From the NCBI RefSeq assembly GCF_009914755.1, contig NC_060941.1: a stretch of 64,000 nucleotides of DNA; one strand, written 5' to 3'. Made by a program: the position numbers and the translations under genes. Positions 49,080 through 61,049 of the stretch are shown here, piece after piece. How positions within the stretch are numbered: the first letter of the stretch is position 1; each line of letters begins with the position of its first letter. A model generated the notes under the pieces. That model was not told where the DNA came from. It saw nothing but the letters and a program-made list of their open reading frames with translations, and ran no database searches. The stretch comes from the human T2T-CHM13v2.0 reference genome, Homo sapiens.

Positions 49080-49329
49080 ATAAGCATCTGTACCACTTTG
49101 GAATATTGGATAATCACTCTATGATTTCCTTCTTATGCATGTTAATAAGTGCATATGCCTTTGCTCCTATTAACCTGCCCCTTGCAGGCTGATTTTCTGT
49201 GATCTTTCAGAAGGTGAAGGAGAGTTTTCCACTGACCCCTATAGAATCCAACTGCATCTACCCCAGAGCTCTTGCTCTTGCCTACCATCCTGCTTTCTAT
49301 ACTGCTTCTAGGCTGGTGCATCTGCAGCT

Positions 49330-49640
49330 GTTTTGTCACTAGAAGAAGACAGCTTGCCTAAGAACAAAATCAATCAAGCCAAAGCCAAAAAGCAAGAGAG
49401 AAGAGAAATCAAGTCCTGACCATTTCATCTGAACTCATAGATTGAACCATGCATGAAGCTAAAACTACCTCTACATGAAGCTAAAACCATTCATGAAACT
49501 AAACCGTGCACACATGAAACTATGTATAAGGCTTATTACACATGAAGCTAAAACCATCTCTGGACTAAAACATATAAGGCAATAAATTTTTTGTTTCTGC
49601 AAGTTTAAGCTTTCTATTATTTGCAAGAGAAAAAACATAC
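49330..49640 (+). mobile_element. MLT1-type LTR 3' fragment with internal repeat expansion
   Basis: agcttgcctaagaacaaaatcaa...gtcctgac...caataaattttttgttt...ttctattatttgcaa. Confidence 0.6.
49452..49555. repeat. Five irregular copies of catgaa(g/a)cta(aaac)
   Basis: Copies start at 49452, 49474, 49492, 49513 and 49541. Confidence 0.9.
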
Positions 49641-51529
49641 AGTTAAGAAATACAAATATTTCAGAATAGCACTTTAGAAATTCTACACCAAATATATTGC
49701 AGGAACCAATATTACATGGATCAGGATGGCTAACCTATATAATGTGATCTTTTTTAACATTATCTAACATATGCTGCAAATAAAATATTTTTTAAAAAGA
49801 ACAAAAATATTATAAACAGCATAATCAACCAGCATGTACAAGTTATCATTGAAGCTTCATTCCCCGTATCTTAGGGATGCTTTTATATTTTGGTAAAGGA
49901 TGCTCAGCAGCCAGATATGTAAGGCAATATGATTCCGTCATGCTAGTAAATCAGAGCAAAGATCAGCATTCCTTGTTAGAATGTGATGTTTCTAAAGAGA
50001 GATCATCTCCTTGAAAGAACCATGCAATGCTAATGTTCATACAGAAATGCAAGAGCCTGGACGTGATTGCTATGACAAAAAGACTCTCACTTCAAGATGA
50101 TGTGGGATCTCTCAGTGGGGCACCAGGGGTGTGTACACACGAGAAAATGAAAACAAAATGATTCATACTAAAACCAGTCAATGGGATGCAGATCTATTCA
50201 TTTTAAGCTAGGGTCCAGAATTTCTAACAGTCCTGGTCTTGCTCTGAATTGTGGACTAACTATGATGTCACAGTCTCTCCCCTAAACTCCTCTTCCTTTC
50301 TAACCTGCCATCTATACCCCCAGGGTTTCCCCTTACTGCAGCTCCCCTAAGACTGATATGGACACTACAGGAGAGACCAAGATAGGCCACTGGTAAAGAA
50401 ACCTCAGTCCTGGTCGCATTTGGTCCTGAGTTTATTGTCCTGTGGAGCCGGGATGCTGAATTGATATTCTGATGTATGGGGGCAGGGAAATTATGCATGC
50501 GGGAACTATAGTAATTATGTTAATTGAGGAGACCTCTTTGTTGTGGGATTTCCAGAGCAAGAAGCAGCTTGTGTCAGAGATTTACAGTAGAAGTCCTAAA
50601 AATAAGACCCCCAGGTGTGCCCCAGGGGGTGAAGAAAGAGGTAGCTGAGAGGTTAATGTGGGAACAAAGAAAATGTACTGGAATCAAGCATTAACAAGCT
50701 ACAACATAAGGTCCAAGACTGTGAATCTCATGAATAAGGAGGAGGGGGTTGAGGGAGGGGAGGCAAGAATGCAAAAAGCTCTGCAAAAAAGCATCATCTC
50801 TGGAAATTCATGCGTGAACAAAAACGGTCCAGCCAGAAACTGATTTTAGACGGCTAAGAAAATAAAGGCAGAGCAGTTGCTGATCAGAAAGCAAGTCAAC
50901 ACAAGTCAAGGCAGACGGCACTGAGGGGGTGTTGGTGAGGCCTCTGGTGCTGTGTGTCCAGGCAGGGGATAGACCTCCAGATTCGAACAGATGCTGTGCC
51001 CAGAAGAAGCTGGGGCGCCTAGAGAATGAAGAGTGCGCTCTCTCCCTCTCTCAGTGGTACCCCTCGAATGGCCCACACGAGAAACCTAAGAAGGCTCTGT
51101 TAAACCTAGGAACACAGCCAGCTGAGGCATTTCTCCAGACTCCTTCAGGCCAAGGGAAGAAACTGTTCTATTTTATTTTTTCTCTGCCGTGTGTTCTTTT
51201 GCTACGTAAAATGGAGGCAAAACAGAGAGGAAATGGGACTACTGGTTTACCCAAATTAACCTATAGCTGAAAAGACATCTTCTCCTGACCCAGAAATGAG
51301 GAATCACTTTTTTTTTATTTCCAAAATCAACCCTTCTTTCTGTATAGGAACTTCTCCTTGTGTCTCACAACCGTCAAGGTATAATCTGTTTCTGAAGGTA
51401 AAATAAACAAATGAACGAAAACACTCTGTATGAATGGAATTGCCACCTCCAACTTCATTCATCTCTGGTTTTCTGCCTCCTTTTATGGCCATGTGTCTGC
51501 AGTGAGCAGGTCATATCCACTCCCACCTT

Positions 51530-51760
51530 TTTCTCGCCATCTCTTTCTCCTTTATCCTGAGGATCATGACTCCCACCCTCACCTCTTTATTGAAACTGCT
51601 TCAAGATGCCTCTGATCCCCTTATTAAATGCAGTCAGTGTCTTTCCGTGGGTCCATATTCTTCTTCACTATCCTGTAGCAATCAAAAGTGTTATCTGTGA
51701 TCCCCAGTCCTCAGAACCAAGTTTCTTTGGCGTCAGCGATCCATTGGGGCTGTAGTTCTC
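51530..51760 (+). mobile_element. L2 fragment
   Basis: cacctctttattgaaactgcttcaag...ctgtagcaat. Confidence 0.5.
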
Positions 51761-51789
51761 TAACTACTTAGCAACTCTCTAAGTTATTG

Positions 51790-52140
51790 GTAATGGCTTT
51801 CACCTGGCATCCACATCAGAATACCCTGGGGGCTTGTTATAAGGCAGATTGCTAGGCCCCAGCCCTACAGTTTTGAGTCAACAGATCTGGGTGGACCAGC
51901 TCAGAAATTGCAAATCAAACAAATTTTCAAGTGATGCTGTTGTATCTGGTCCAGGGACCACTCTTCAAGCACCACTGCTCAAATAGCTGTCAGCATAGGG
52001 AGTGCATTAAAGTTGTCTGGGGCTGAGCCATATTTTAAAATATGCCTGGCCCCAGTACAGACCAATTAAGTGAGAATCTCTGGGATGGGGCCTGGGCTGT
52101 CCCTGTGGTTCTGACATGAAGTCAGTGTTGACAGTCTGCA
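51790..52140. mobile_element. Two adjacent MER5-family (hAT-Charlie) elements
   Basis: catcagaataccctgggggcttgtta...gcagattgctaggcccc...ctggtccagggaccac, then cagaccaattaagtgagaatctctgggatggggcctggg. Confidence 0.8.
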
Positions 52141-52569
52141 TTTGGCTCCTTCCTTAGTTCCACTTGGTCATGCAAACTTCTATGGTGGCCAGCGTCAGAC
52201 TCAGTCCCTCTTATCTTCGCCCTTCAAGCTTGGTATTCTCTCCCTCCCAGCAGGATATTATAAGGCCTGACCTAACACAGTGGCTATGGAAAAAGAGACA
52301 AGGTCAGCTTTAAAAGGTATTTGGAACCCGGAAGTAACTCTACTTAGTGGCCAATCAAATAAGAGCACTGAAAGAGAAAAATAATTCACTTATTTAGTAG
52401 TAGCTACAGAAATAATATTTGCACTTTTCTCAAATACTGGAAAGACCGCAATCAACATCCACCCAATAATCTTCACAAATATCATGCCAAGACCTGTGTC
52501 CACCAGCTAGAAAATAGTTTATTCATCTATTCAGGGATCAGAAGGCATAACCTCCCTGTTACCTTGTCA

Positions 52570-52617
52570 AAAAAAAAAAAATCTTGTCTCTATTTGGAGA
52601 CAAGATTTTTTTTTTTT
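52570..52617. repeat. Perfect inverted repeat, 21-bp arms and 6-nt loop
   Basis: A12-tcttgtctc / tatttg / gagacaaga-T12. Confidence 0.95.
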
Positions 52618-52902
52618 CTTTTCAGACAGAGCCTCTGTCGCCCAGGCTGGAGTGCAGTGGCGCAATCTCAAAGATCACTGCAACCTCCACTTCCCAGGTT
52701 CAAGTGATTCTCCTGCTTCAGTCTCTCTAGTAGCTGAGATTACAGGCATGTGCCACCACGCCCGACTAATTTTTGTATTTTTAGTAGGGATGGGGTTTCA
52801 CCATGTTGGCCAGGCTGGTCTCGAACTCCTGACCTCAGGTGATTCACCAGCCTCGGCTTCCCAAACTGCTAGGATTATAGGCGTGAGCCACCACGTCTGG
52901 CC
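52610..52902 (-). mobile_element. AluSx-like
   Basis: Reverse dimer. TSD tgga(g/a)acaagatttt at 52595-52609 and 52903-52917. Confidence 0.92.
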
Positions 52903-53129
52903 TGGAAACAAGATTTTGTTTAGTTTTGTTTGTTTCACATTTTTGGAGGTTTCATATCTTCTTTCTTTTTTCTCCTGATAAACCAAACTTCAGTAAGAAT
53001 CCCACATTTGCCGTTTGCATTGTGGTATCAATTTGTTCTCTCTCCGTGTATATTCATGCACAAACTGCTTTTTCTTTTCCTTTTAGTTCTTTTACTATTT
53101 TTTTCCCTCTTTGCATCCAAAGTAGTCAT

Positions 53130-54710
53130 TTGTTCCAGGCATGTTAGATGGATCAATATTAAAACATTTATCCATTACGTTGATTACAACAGCAAATTAA
53201 ATAAACAGGCAGTGAAAAGGCATTTGATAGATTTCAGCAAACATAACTATTGCTGAAATAAACAGAAATACATAGAATGCCCTAAGTATGATGAAGACTA
53301 TTACCAAAGCCCGAAATTCAAACATCCTATTAAAATGTGAAATAGTAATCAATTTCATTAAAACCAGAAAGAAAGAAAACAGAGATACCTTCAAGCATCA
53401 TTTATATTCAACATGGTTTTAGAGAGTCTAGCTAATGTAATAGTAAAAGGAAATGAAATGAGTGGAATTAATTTGGGAATGAAGACAGCAAATTACCTTT
53501 ATTTATAGATTGTATCATAACCATATGCCTAGAACAGCCAAGAGAATATAGTAATAATTTTTTAAAACTATTGGAATTAAAGAGTAAATTTCGTTTGAAA
53601 AATTTATTAATAAATACACAGAAGTCATCTTTGTATTACCTGAAGTCATTTAGAACAAAGAGGCAATTTTAAAAATTCCATTAATGATCAATCACATTAG
53701 ATAGATATTAAATTGCCGAGGAATCAACAAAAATGTTGTATGGGAAAAATCAATGAAAAATATAAAATAAAATCTAAATAAATGGATGAGGAAACAATAT
53801 TGCAAAAATGTCAGTTCTTCTCAATATAAATTAACTTTTAATAAAAATCATAAAAGGTTCTTTAATGAAAACGGTTAGTATGATTTTAAATGTCGTATTG
53901 AAAGATCAGTGTGTAAGGATCGCTAAGACAATGAAGAAAAAGAGTGAGGGAGAGATTATACATGAAATGGTGCAATCAAAATAGTATGGTATTGGCATAA
54001 GAATGGTCAAATAAATCAGTGGACAAGCGTCCAGAAGTAGATCCAAGTATATGTAGAAACTTAATATATGATAAAGGTGGTATTTAAATTCAGTCATGAG
54101 AGAATGGTTTATTTTATAAGTGAGACTGGAATAATTGGTCATTCATCTGGAATAAAGCAATATTAGTCTCTTACTTCAGTCCACACACAAAAATAAACTT
54201 CAGATGAATTAAAGATCTAATGTAAAAAATAAAGCATTCGAGATTTGGGGGAGAAAAATATAGGAGAATATTTATATAGCCATTGGGTAGAGAAGTCCTT
54301 ATTAAGCAAGAAAAGATCCCCAAAGCCATAAGAAAAAAAGCAACTAAATGCTATTTCAAAAATTAGAAATGGATAAATGGATAAAGGCACTATAAATAAA
54401 ATTCATTCAGGGGACTGTGATAGATTGGTAAGAATATTTGCCAATATAATATTTGCCAATATTAGCAATAAGAATATTTGCCAATAAGCTCAAAGAGTTA
54501 ATATCCCTGTTGTACAATTAATTTTTTCAAGATCAAATAAAAATAGACAAATGGGTATGGCATAATCAACAGGAAATTTGTTCAAGGGAAAACGGAAAGG
54601 GCTAACAAACATATGAAGAGATGCTCCGTCTTGCTAGTGGACAGACAAATACAAATGAAAACAAATAATATACTCTCCTCCACCCTTGGATTAGACAAAA
54701 TGTCAGGTCT
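53130..54710 (+). mobile_element. Decayed L1ME ORF2 (RT and C-terminal region)
   Basis: attcaacatggttttagagagtctagc, aaaatagtatggtattggcataagaat, aaaataaacttcagatgaattaaagatctaa, aaacatatgaagagatgctc. Confidence 0.8.
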
Positions 54711-54717
54711 AGTGGCG

Positions 54718-54762
54718 ACAATGGCGATGATGATGACGATGATGATGATGATGACAAAGATG
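54718..54762. repeat. Degenerate (GAT)n
   Basis: gatgatgatgacgatgatgatgatgatgac. Confidence 0.85.
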
Positions 54763-54764
54763 AC

Positions 54765-54902
54765 ACCTACACTGTGCTTAAAGGTACCAGTCATAAAATT
54801 GGCATAAAATTCTAAGAATCGTACGTGTAATCATTCATTTAATCCTATCAATAGCCCATGAAGTAGGCACTATTAGTACCCTCATTTTGTAGGTGAGGAA
54901 AT
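54765..54902 (-). mobile_element. MIR fragment
   Basis: tcatttaatcctatcaatagcccatgaagtaggcactattagtaccctcattttgtaggtgaggaaa. Confidence 0.78.
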
Positions 54903-55994
54903 TTATATACACATATGAAATAAAATTTTCGGAAAACAATACTTATCCTTACCACATGCAAAGTTCTCTGATATTTACTATTCTTTTCTATGCTGCCTCA
55001 CTTAAAAATTACTGGTTGGGTAAATTGATTTTATGATACACAAAGGGGTAAACCCGCAAGTTGAAAATGCCTGACCTACAGAAATGTTCACAGATTACTA
55101 AAACAATGAGTTTCTGAGTAAAGTGCACACTTTAATCTCATTTATAGAAGAAGAAAAGAAAGAAAGGAGAAAGAAATGAAGAGGGATGCATCATATATGT
55201 ATGTCCTTTCTAGAGATGTGTATGTGTGCTTACAAGTGCAGAAAAAGGTGTGGAAAGAGCCACATCTATTGATATTGACTACCTGGAGAGATTGGGGGTA
55301 ATGAGACGTCTTTTGCTTGTATATCTCCGTTTTGTTTGTCATGCTGCAGAAAGAATGCTCTGCTTTTAGAGTTTTTGAGGACAATTCAACAAACTAGAAC
55401 AAAAGAATTTTGTCATCTGTAAACTTCTGTGCTCTGGGATTAAAACCTAAGCTTTCCTAACTTTGTTGCATCTCATGCTTAAATGGCCCTCATTCAACAT
55501 TTGGCTCCCATTTATTAAAAAAATAAATCTTTCAATTCTATCTACAAAACCCACTGGGAGAGGGATAAACCTGATTATGAGGTCTTCTTATCGAAGGAGA
55601 AGGGTAAATGATTGTTCTCACCTACAGTAATAATGCAATTGAATGAAGGGACAGGAACTCCGTGGAAAATGTCTAAAAAGAATCACAAAAAATGTTTACA
55701 GCAGAGAGGTATAATTCCATTGAATGAAGTTTCTTTCATTCATTCATTCAAATGCACCTGATTTTGATTTATTTTACCTGTTTGACATACCAAAACTGCT
55801 CTTTACATTTTCCAAGTAATTGATAGAGGTTTCCCCTACCTACAAACCAGAGGTTTTAGTGTCCCCTTTAGGCCTTCCTCCAATTGAGTTGTTCAAGATT
55901 CCTGGGGGCTTATTCAGTTCAAACATCAAATAAGGCTGATTTCTTCTTACAAAGGCTAAGAGGAAAAACATAAGTTGAATTTTCAGTCAACCTC

Positions 55995-56337
55995 TGTGGT
56001 TGTTGGTGCTGTTTGCCAGCTCCATCTTCTGGGCACAGGCTAGGATTGCACAACCCTGCCCACAACAGGGTTAGATGCAGGTACAGGACTCACTTTGTCC
56101 AATGAAATGAGAGCAGAATTGAGGCGTCATTTAAAATCCATTGCATAAATGTGTTACATCATTTTCTGCCTCAGCAATGGTAGAAGCAGGCGTCAAGAAC
56201 ATCTCTCAGCCTGGACCTTCCATATCTATGATGGCATTCAGAATAATTTTGGAATAACCTTATGTTGTATTAAGCCACTAAAACTTGTGTATTGCTTGTT
56301 ACTACAGCATAAGCTAAACCTATCCTGACTGATAACA
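55995..56337 (+). mobile_element. MLT1 (I/H-like) solo LTR
   Basis: actttgtccaatgaaatgagagcagaa...ttaagccactaaaacttg...ttgttactacagcataa...cctatcctgactgata. Confidence 0.8.
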
Positions 56338-56916
56338 CTCCGTGAGCACTTAGGGCTTAGTTGGAAACAGCTGGTTTACATAACTGTTCAGACTGGACCT
56401 TACAACTGAAAGAATATTTATACACTGTTGCATTGAGGTCTTTGCTGTCTGGAAACCTGGCAGAATTCAAGTGGCGCACTTAATGGGATTCAGTACTATG
56501 TATTTTTAGCTACACTCAAATTCTTAATCATTGTCCTCTGAACCACATTATCTTTGCCTGGGTGGCTGAGTACAGAGTAACTTCTAGGCTCAGCCATAGG
56601 CTACATTAGAAATTCTCAGTGACCTTAATACCAATGTTGTACCCAGGTCACCAGACCAACTATGCATCTCATGGTGAGTTTCTCTTTGGGATCCCTGGGT
56701 CCTTATCTGACCGAGAGTCTTGCTCAGTGCCACCTTGGGCCACTTCATTATGTTTAACTAATTTCAAATATTTGGATAAGGATTTTAGATGTTGATCTCT
56801 TGTCCCCAGAAAACCTCAAGTTCCACATGCAATTGGTGACTCTCTTCCGAGGGTTCCTACTAAAGAATCTCAGGGAGGAGCAGCCTTCATCAATCCACAA
56901 AAGGTTTGGTTACATC

Positions 56917-57434
56917 GTATGTTGGGCTAGAGCCAGCTCACAGAGTGTACAAGCTCCTGAGAACCGATTGTGATTGGTGGTGTGCAGCTTTTCCCAACTC
57001 TGCCTTCGGTGACTCAGATTACATTCTTTTGTTTTGTTTTTGAGACAGAGTCTCACTCTATCACCCAGGAGTGCAATAGTACAATCATAGCTCACTGCAG
57101 CCTTGAACGTCTTGGCTCAAGCAATTCTCTTACCTCAGCCTCTCGACTAGTTGGGACTACAGGTACACACCACCACGCTTAGCTAATTTTTTTTATTTCT
57201 TGTAAAAAATTAAAACTATGTTGCCCATGCTGGTCTCAATTCCTGGGCTCAACAAATCCTCTCTTCTCAGCCTCCCAAAGTGCTGGGATTGCGGGCCTGA
57301 GCCACCTCATCCAACCTAGGCGGTTTTGACCACAGTGGGAGTATTTGCACCACAAGAATAGGCAATTGCTACAAATCAGAGTTGTTTTTTGTCCTTGGAG
57401 AATCCCTTGTTGAACACTTACCAGCACACCACTG
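56917..57434 (+). mobile_element. MER63 element interrupted by AluJ
   Basis: cttttcccaactctgc...gtgggagtatttgcaccac...acttaccagcacaccactg. Confidence 0.8.
57027..57316 (-). mobile_element. AluJ
   Basis: atcatagctcactgcagccttgaac, ctgggctcaacaaatcctc. Confidence 0.9.
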
Positions 57435-57849
57435 AATACATCCAGCCTCCTCATCTATAGGTGCCTGCTGCCTTACAACTTCTTAATTGAGAGGGCTCAC
57501 TGACATGACTCTTCCTGCAATAAGGAAAATTATTCCATTTTTTCTTGCTATTGGCCTCTATAACTTAGTAGTCACTGGCTTACTGTTTTCAATTTCACCT
57601 CACTTGATACCCTATTATAAAGAAACTGTTTAGACACCATTATGTTCCAGGTACTAAGAAGACAATAATGAGCAAAACAGAGATTCTGCCTACTCCATTA
57701 GAGATTCATTTTAGAAGTCTGGAAGAGCAATGGCACCTACTACTAATGTAAGATACTTTTAATATCATATCCCTTATTTGTCATTTTTGTTTAACTTCCT
57801 CAGAGTTAATAAATAAATTTGTGTGATTATTTCAAAGATAGCAGTTATA

Positions 57850-58451
57850 GTAGCCCTCTGTTACATTTGTGTGGTCCATAACACTTTCTTTTAGGAACCA
57901 CCAGCCCCACACCATGTAATTCTAGTAGAACTATCAGTTGGGGCCAGTTTCCACTGTCCCAGTGGTAGGCATATAGCTGAGGATAACAGCAAATCCCACT
58001 CCCCAGGATACAGAGACTGCTCCAAGATGGGCACGTGGCCCAACCATGGCCAAGCAGAATCCTTTTGCAGAGATTTATATGGATTCTGGAAGTCTGAAAG
58101 ATTTCCAATCTGACAGCATAAAATCTAAGAACCTTATAAGCCTGGAGGAGCCCTATCACATGGAGATCATTTGGAAGAGAATAAAGCCAAAGCAGATGAA
58201 AGCAGACCCAAGAAATGGGGAGGGAGGCAGAGAGGGAACATGATGATATGGTTTATTTAAGTCCCAAATCTATCCATGACTGAAACCAAACTAACTCACA
58301 CAGTTTTCAATTATGTGAGCCAATCAATTCCTTTTGGCTTAGAGCAGGGGTGTCCGATCTTTTGGCTTCCCTGGGCCACATTGGAAGAAGGATGGTCTTG
58401 GGCCACACATAAAATACACTAACACTAATGATAACTGATGAGCAAAAAAAA

Positions 58452-58496
<45 letters not shown>

Positions 58497-58642
58497 TGCA
58501 AAAAATCTCATAAAGTTTTAAGACAGTTCACAAATTTGTGTTGGGCTGCATTCATGTGGCCTGCAGGCTATGGATTGGACAAGCTTGGCTTGGACTAATG
58601 TGCATTTCTATCAGGTACAATGTTAGAGTCCTCATTAATACA
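57850..58642 (+). mobile_element. MLT1 (J/K-like) LTR interrupted by MER30
   Basis: gatgggcacgtggcccaa, ttttcaattatgtgagccaatcaattccttttggctt, ending in agagtcctcattaataca. Confidence 0.7.
58345..58587 (+). mobile_element. MER30 (hAT-Charlie) with internal A(n)(TA)n expansion
   Basis: caggggtgtccgatcttttggcttccctgggccacattggaagaag...ttggacaagcttg. 8-bp TSD-like gcttagag/gcttggac. Confidence 0.92.
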
Positions 58643-60119
58643 GCAATGTAAGGGAGAACTTAGGAAACAGCATTCTATCCATGATAAGAGTTAAAGAGAG
58701 GTAGCCAGGTAGAAGACCTGAGGGTGGGTGTGAGCAAAATCTAGGAGACCAAATCACAGGGGCCTGTAGGAGCAAAGAAGACTCTAGAGGATCAATGTAG
58801 GAGCTCTTGTTCTTGTGCAATCCCTTTCTTTGCCATGTAATGTCAGTGCAGAGGTATCCAAAATCTGGAGACTTGAGAGAGAGAGAGAGAAAGAAAGCGA
58901 ATATAGCTATAGAGAAAACACTCATTCCAGGATGAAGAAAAACAGGAGAGAGGTGAGATGATGCTCCAAAGGCAAGGCGACTGCTAAAATCTTCACAAGT
59001 CTTTTATTGTCTTTCTACTTTCTTCTTGGTGATCCTCAGTGGATGCAGGGAGGGCAACCCAACTACTGTAAGTCAACCGGACCTTTCCCTGCCACATAGC
59101 CTCTGCTTCCCTCTCTTTTCCCTCTTCTCAGCCATGACTTTGGATATCTTTTCAAGTTTGGGGAAACTTACAAGTATGTACCTGAGTTGCTTGCCAATGG
59201 TTTTTTGGCTTAAGAATTGTTTATTTTCCTCATTAATTTCTAGCATTTCAGTGGGCAACTCTTATTTACTTATTCAACCTGGGGAAGAACATAGATTTTA
59301 GTAAAGGGATTTGGTGAACATTGATGGAGTTAAGCAATGGTGGGGTTGGACTGTAACTGCAGGTTTGAGGAGTGACAAGGGGTTGAGAATAATGGGGATA
59401 TCAGTGATGTTTGGGTAGAAAGGGGAGACAAGAAATCAATAGAAGGGGGACAAATGCTTTAAAATTACATTCTACTCCTTTGAATAAAGGCCCAGCTTCC
59501 TCTAATTTGAACAATAAGGAGGGCTGAGGACTGAGAGACCGAATCCCTGGACTCTATGACATCACTATCCTCCATTCTGGAGTAGCCAGTCTGAGATTAT
59601 ATGCTCCGTAGGTCCAAAGGCATCCAAAAATCCATGAGGCAGGTGGTAGGGTTGATCAGCCATAGAGAATGTGTACTACCCCATGATATATCTGCTGAAA
59701 TATGGACAAAATTTGGATGTTATCCTTCTAATTTAGGGTGGCAAAAAAAATAAAACCACAAATTACATCCTATGAAAAATACACGATGGAGATATCCCAG
59801 ATCCTTTGAGATTCATGAAAATAATCTCACTTCCAAGAGAAATTTACCATCTGTACTAGAAGTGGCTGTATTTCCATGATGTCTGTAAGACGGGATGTGG
59901 GGCAGGCTGCAGTGATAGGAATTGTCCTTTGGAAGGAAGGGCTCTGGAACAGGACCAACTATTTGGATCATGTGTGCACAGAAATATCAAAGTATCAAAG
60001 CCTGTATGTCATTCTAGGAAATTATATAAGGAAAAGTCAATATAAATCAGATAGATCATTTGCTTATCCACTCATTCAAGTACTCAATATATTCTTCAGG
60101 GACAGTGCAGAGCACTGGA

Positions 60120-60262
60120 GATATACATATTCAAATACATACATACATACATATACGCACACATATGTATGTGTGCATATATATACATATGTATATATGT
60201 ATAGTGTGTGTGTGTGTGTGTATGTATATATATATATATATTTAGAGAGAGAGAGAGAGAGA
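60120..60262. repeat. Compound (TACA)/(TA)/(TG)/(GA) microsatellite inside an antisense L2 end
   Basis: Directly visible. Flanks resemble L2 (cactcattcaagtactc..., ttctgcctttcaggctctaatg). Confidence 0.9.
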
Positions 60263-61049
60263 TTTCTGCCTTTCAGGCTCTAATGAGAGAGATAATATCA
60301 TAATAGCATAAAGTAAATACGTCTTATTAACAAAGTTACACCCAAATGCTAAGGAAGTGTGGTGAGGGAAGGAAAAGTTGAACATCTGGATTCACAGATC
60401 TGGTGAGAAACAGGGGTAAATGCCAGTTACCTGAATTTAGTGTGATGGAACAAGGACTGATCTTGGACCCAGGAAAACTTACAGTGTTACAGTCCCATCT
60501 GTTACTGACTAATTGCATGATGTTGCAGAAACTGGCCTCAGTTTCCTCACTGGAAAATTGAGGTATGTCTTGTAGATTTCTATGGCTTTCGTATTTGTGT
60601 GTGCATGTGAATTTTAACTAGCAATGCGTCTGCTAAGCAGAAAATCTTTGCACCCAGAATAGCACTGAAAGACTGCTGAGAGAATGAAACACATCCAGGC
60701 TCTCTCTATCTTATTGTCCGTGTTTCCAAATACATCGCAATTTCCCTGTCTTGTCTAATTAAGCTGATTTTAAACAGATTGTGATTTAGAAAAAGAAAAG
60801 AAAGCTAAGTATTTCTAGCAGTGTCAAACCATTTATTTTGATTAAAAGACAGTCTTTATATCCAAACAAGCCTGTCTTATTTGAACCCAAATGAAGAAAA
60901 AGATCTTCATCCTAAGTAATGGGTGGTCAGTATTTTTAATAATCCTTTATAAAATCTAAGTGGAAAGGATGTCTTAGAAACACACAAAGAGACTTAGAAA
61001 TGGGCCTATTTTCTGTGTTAAAACCAAAACTAGCCACCTGGGAAACAAC

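Noticed and set aside
49452-49555. CRISPR-like repeat-spacer appearance
   Set aside because: Repeats are only 10-15 bp, spacers are short, irregular and locally derived, there are no cas genes, and the context is primate.
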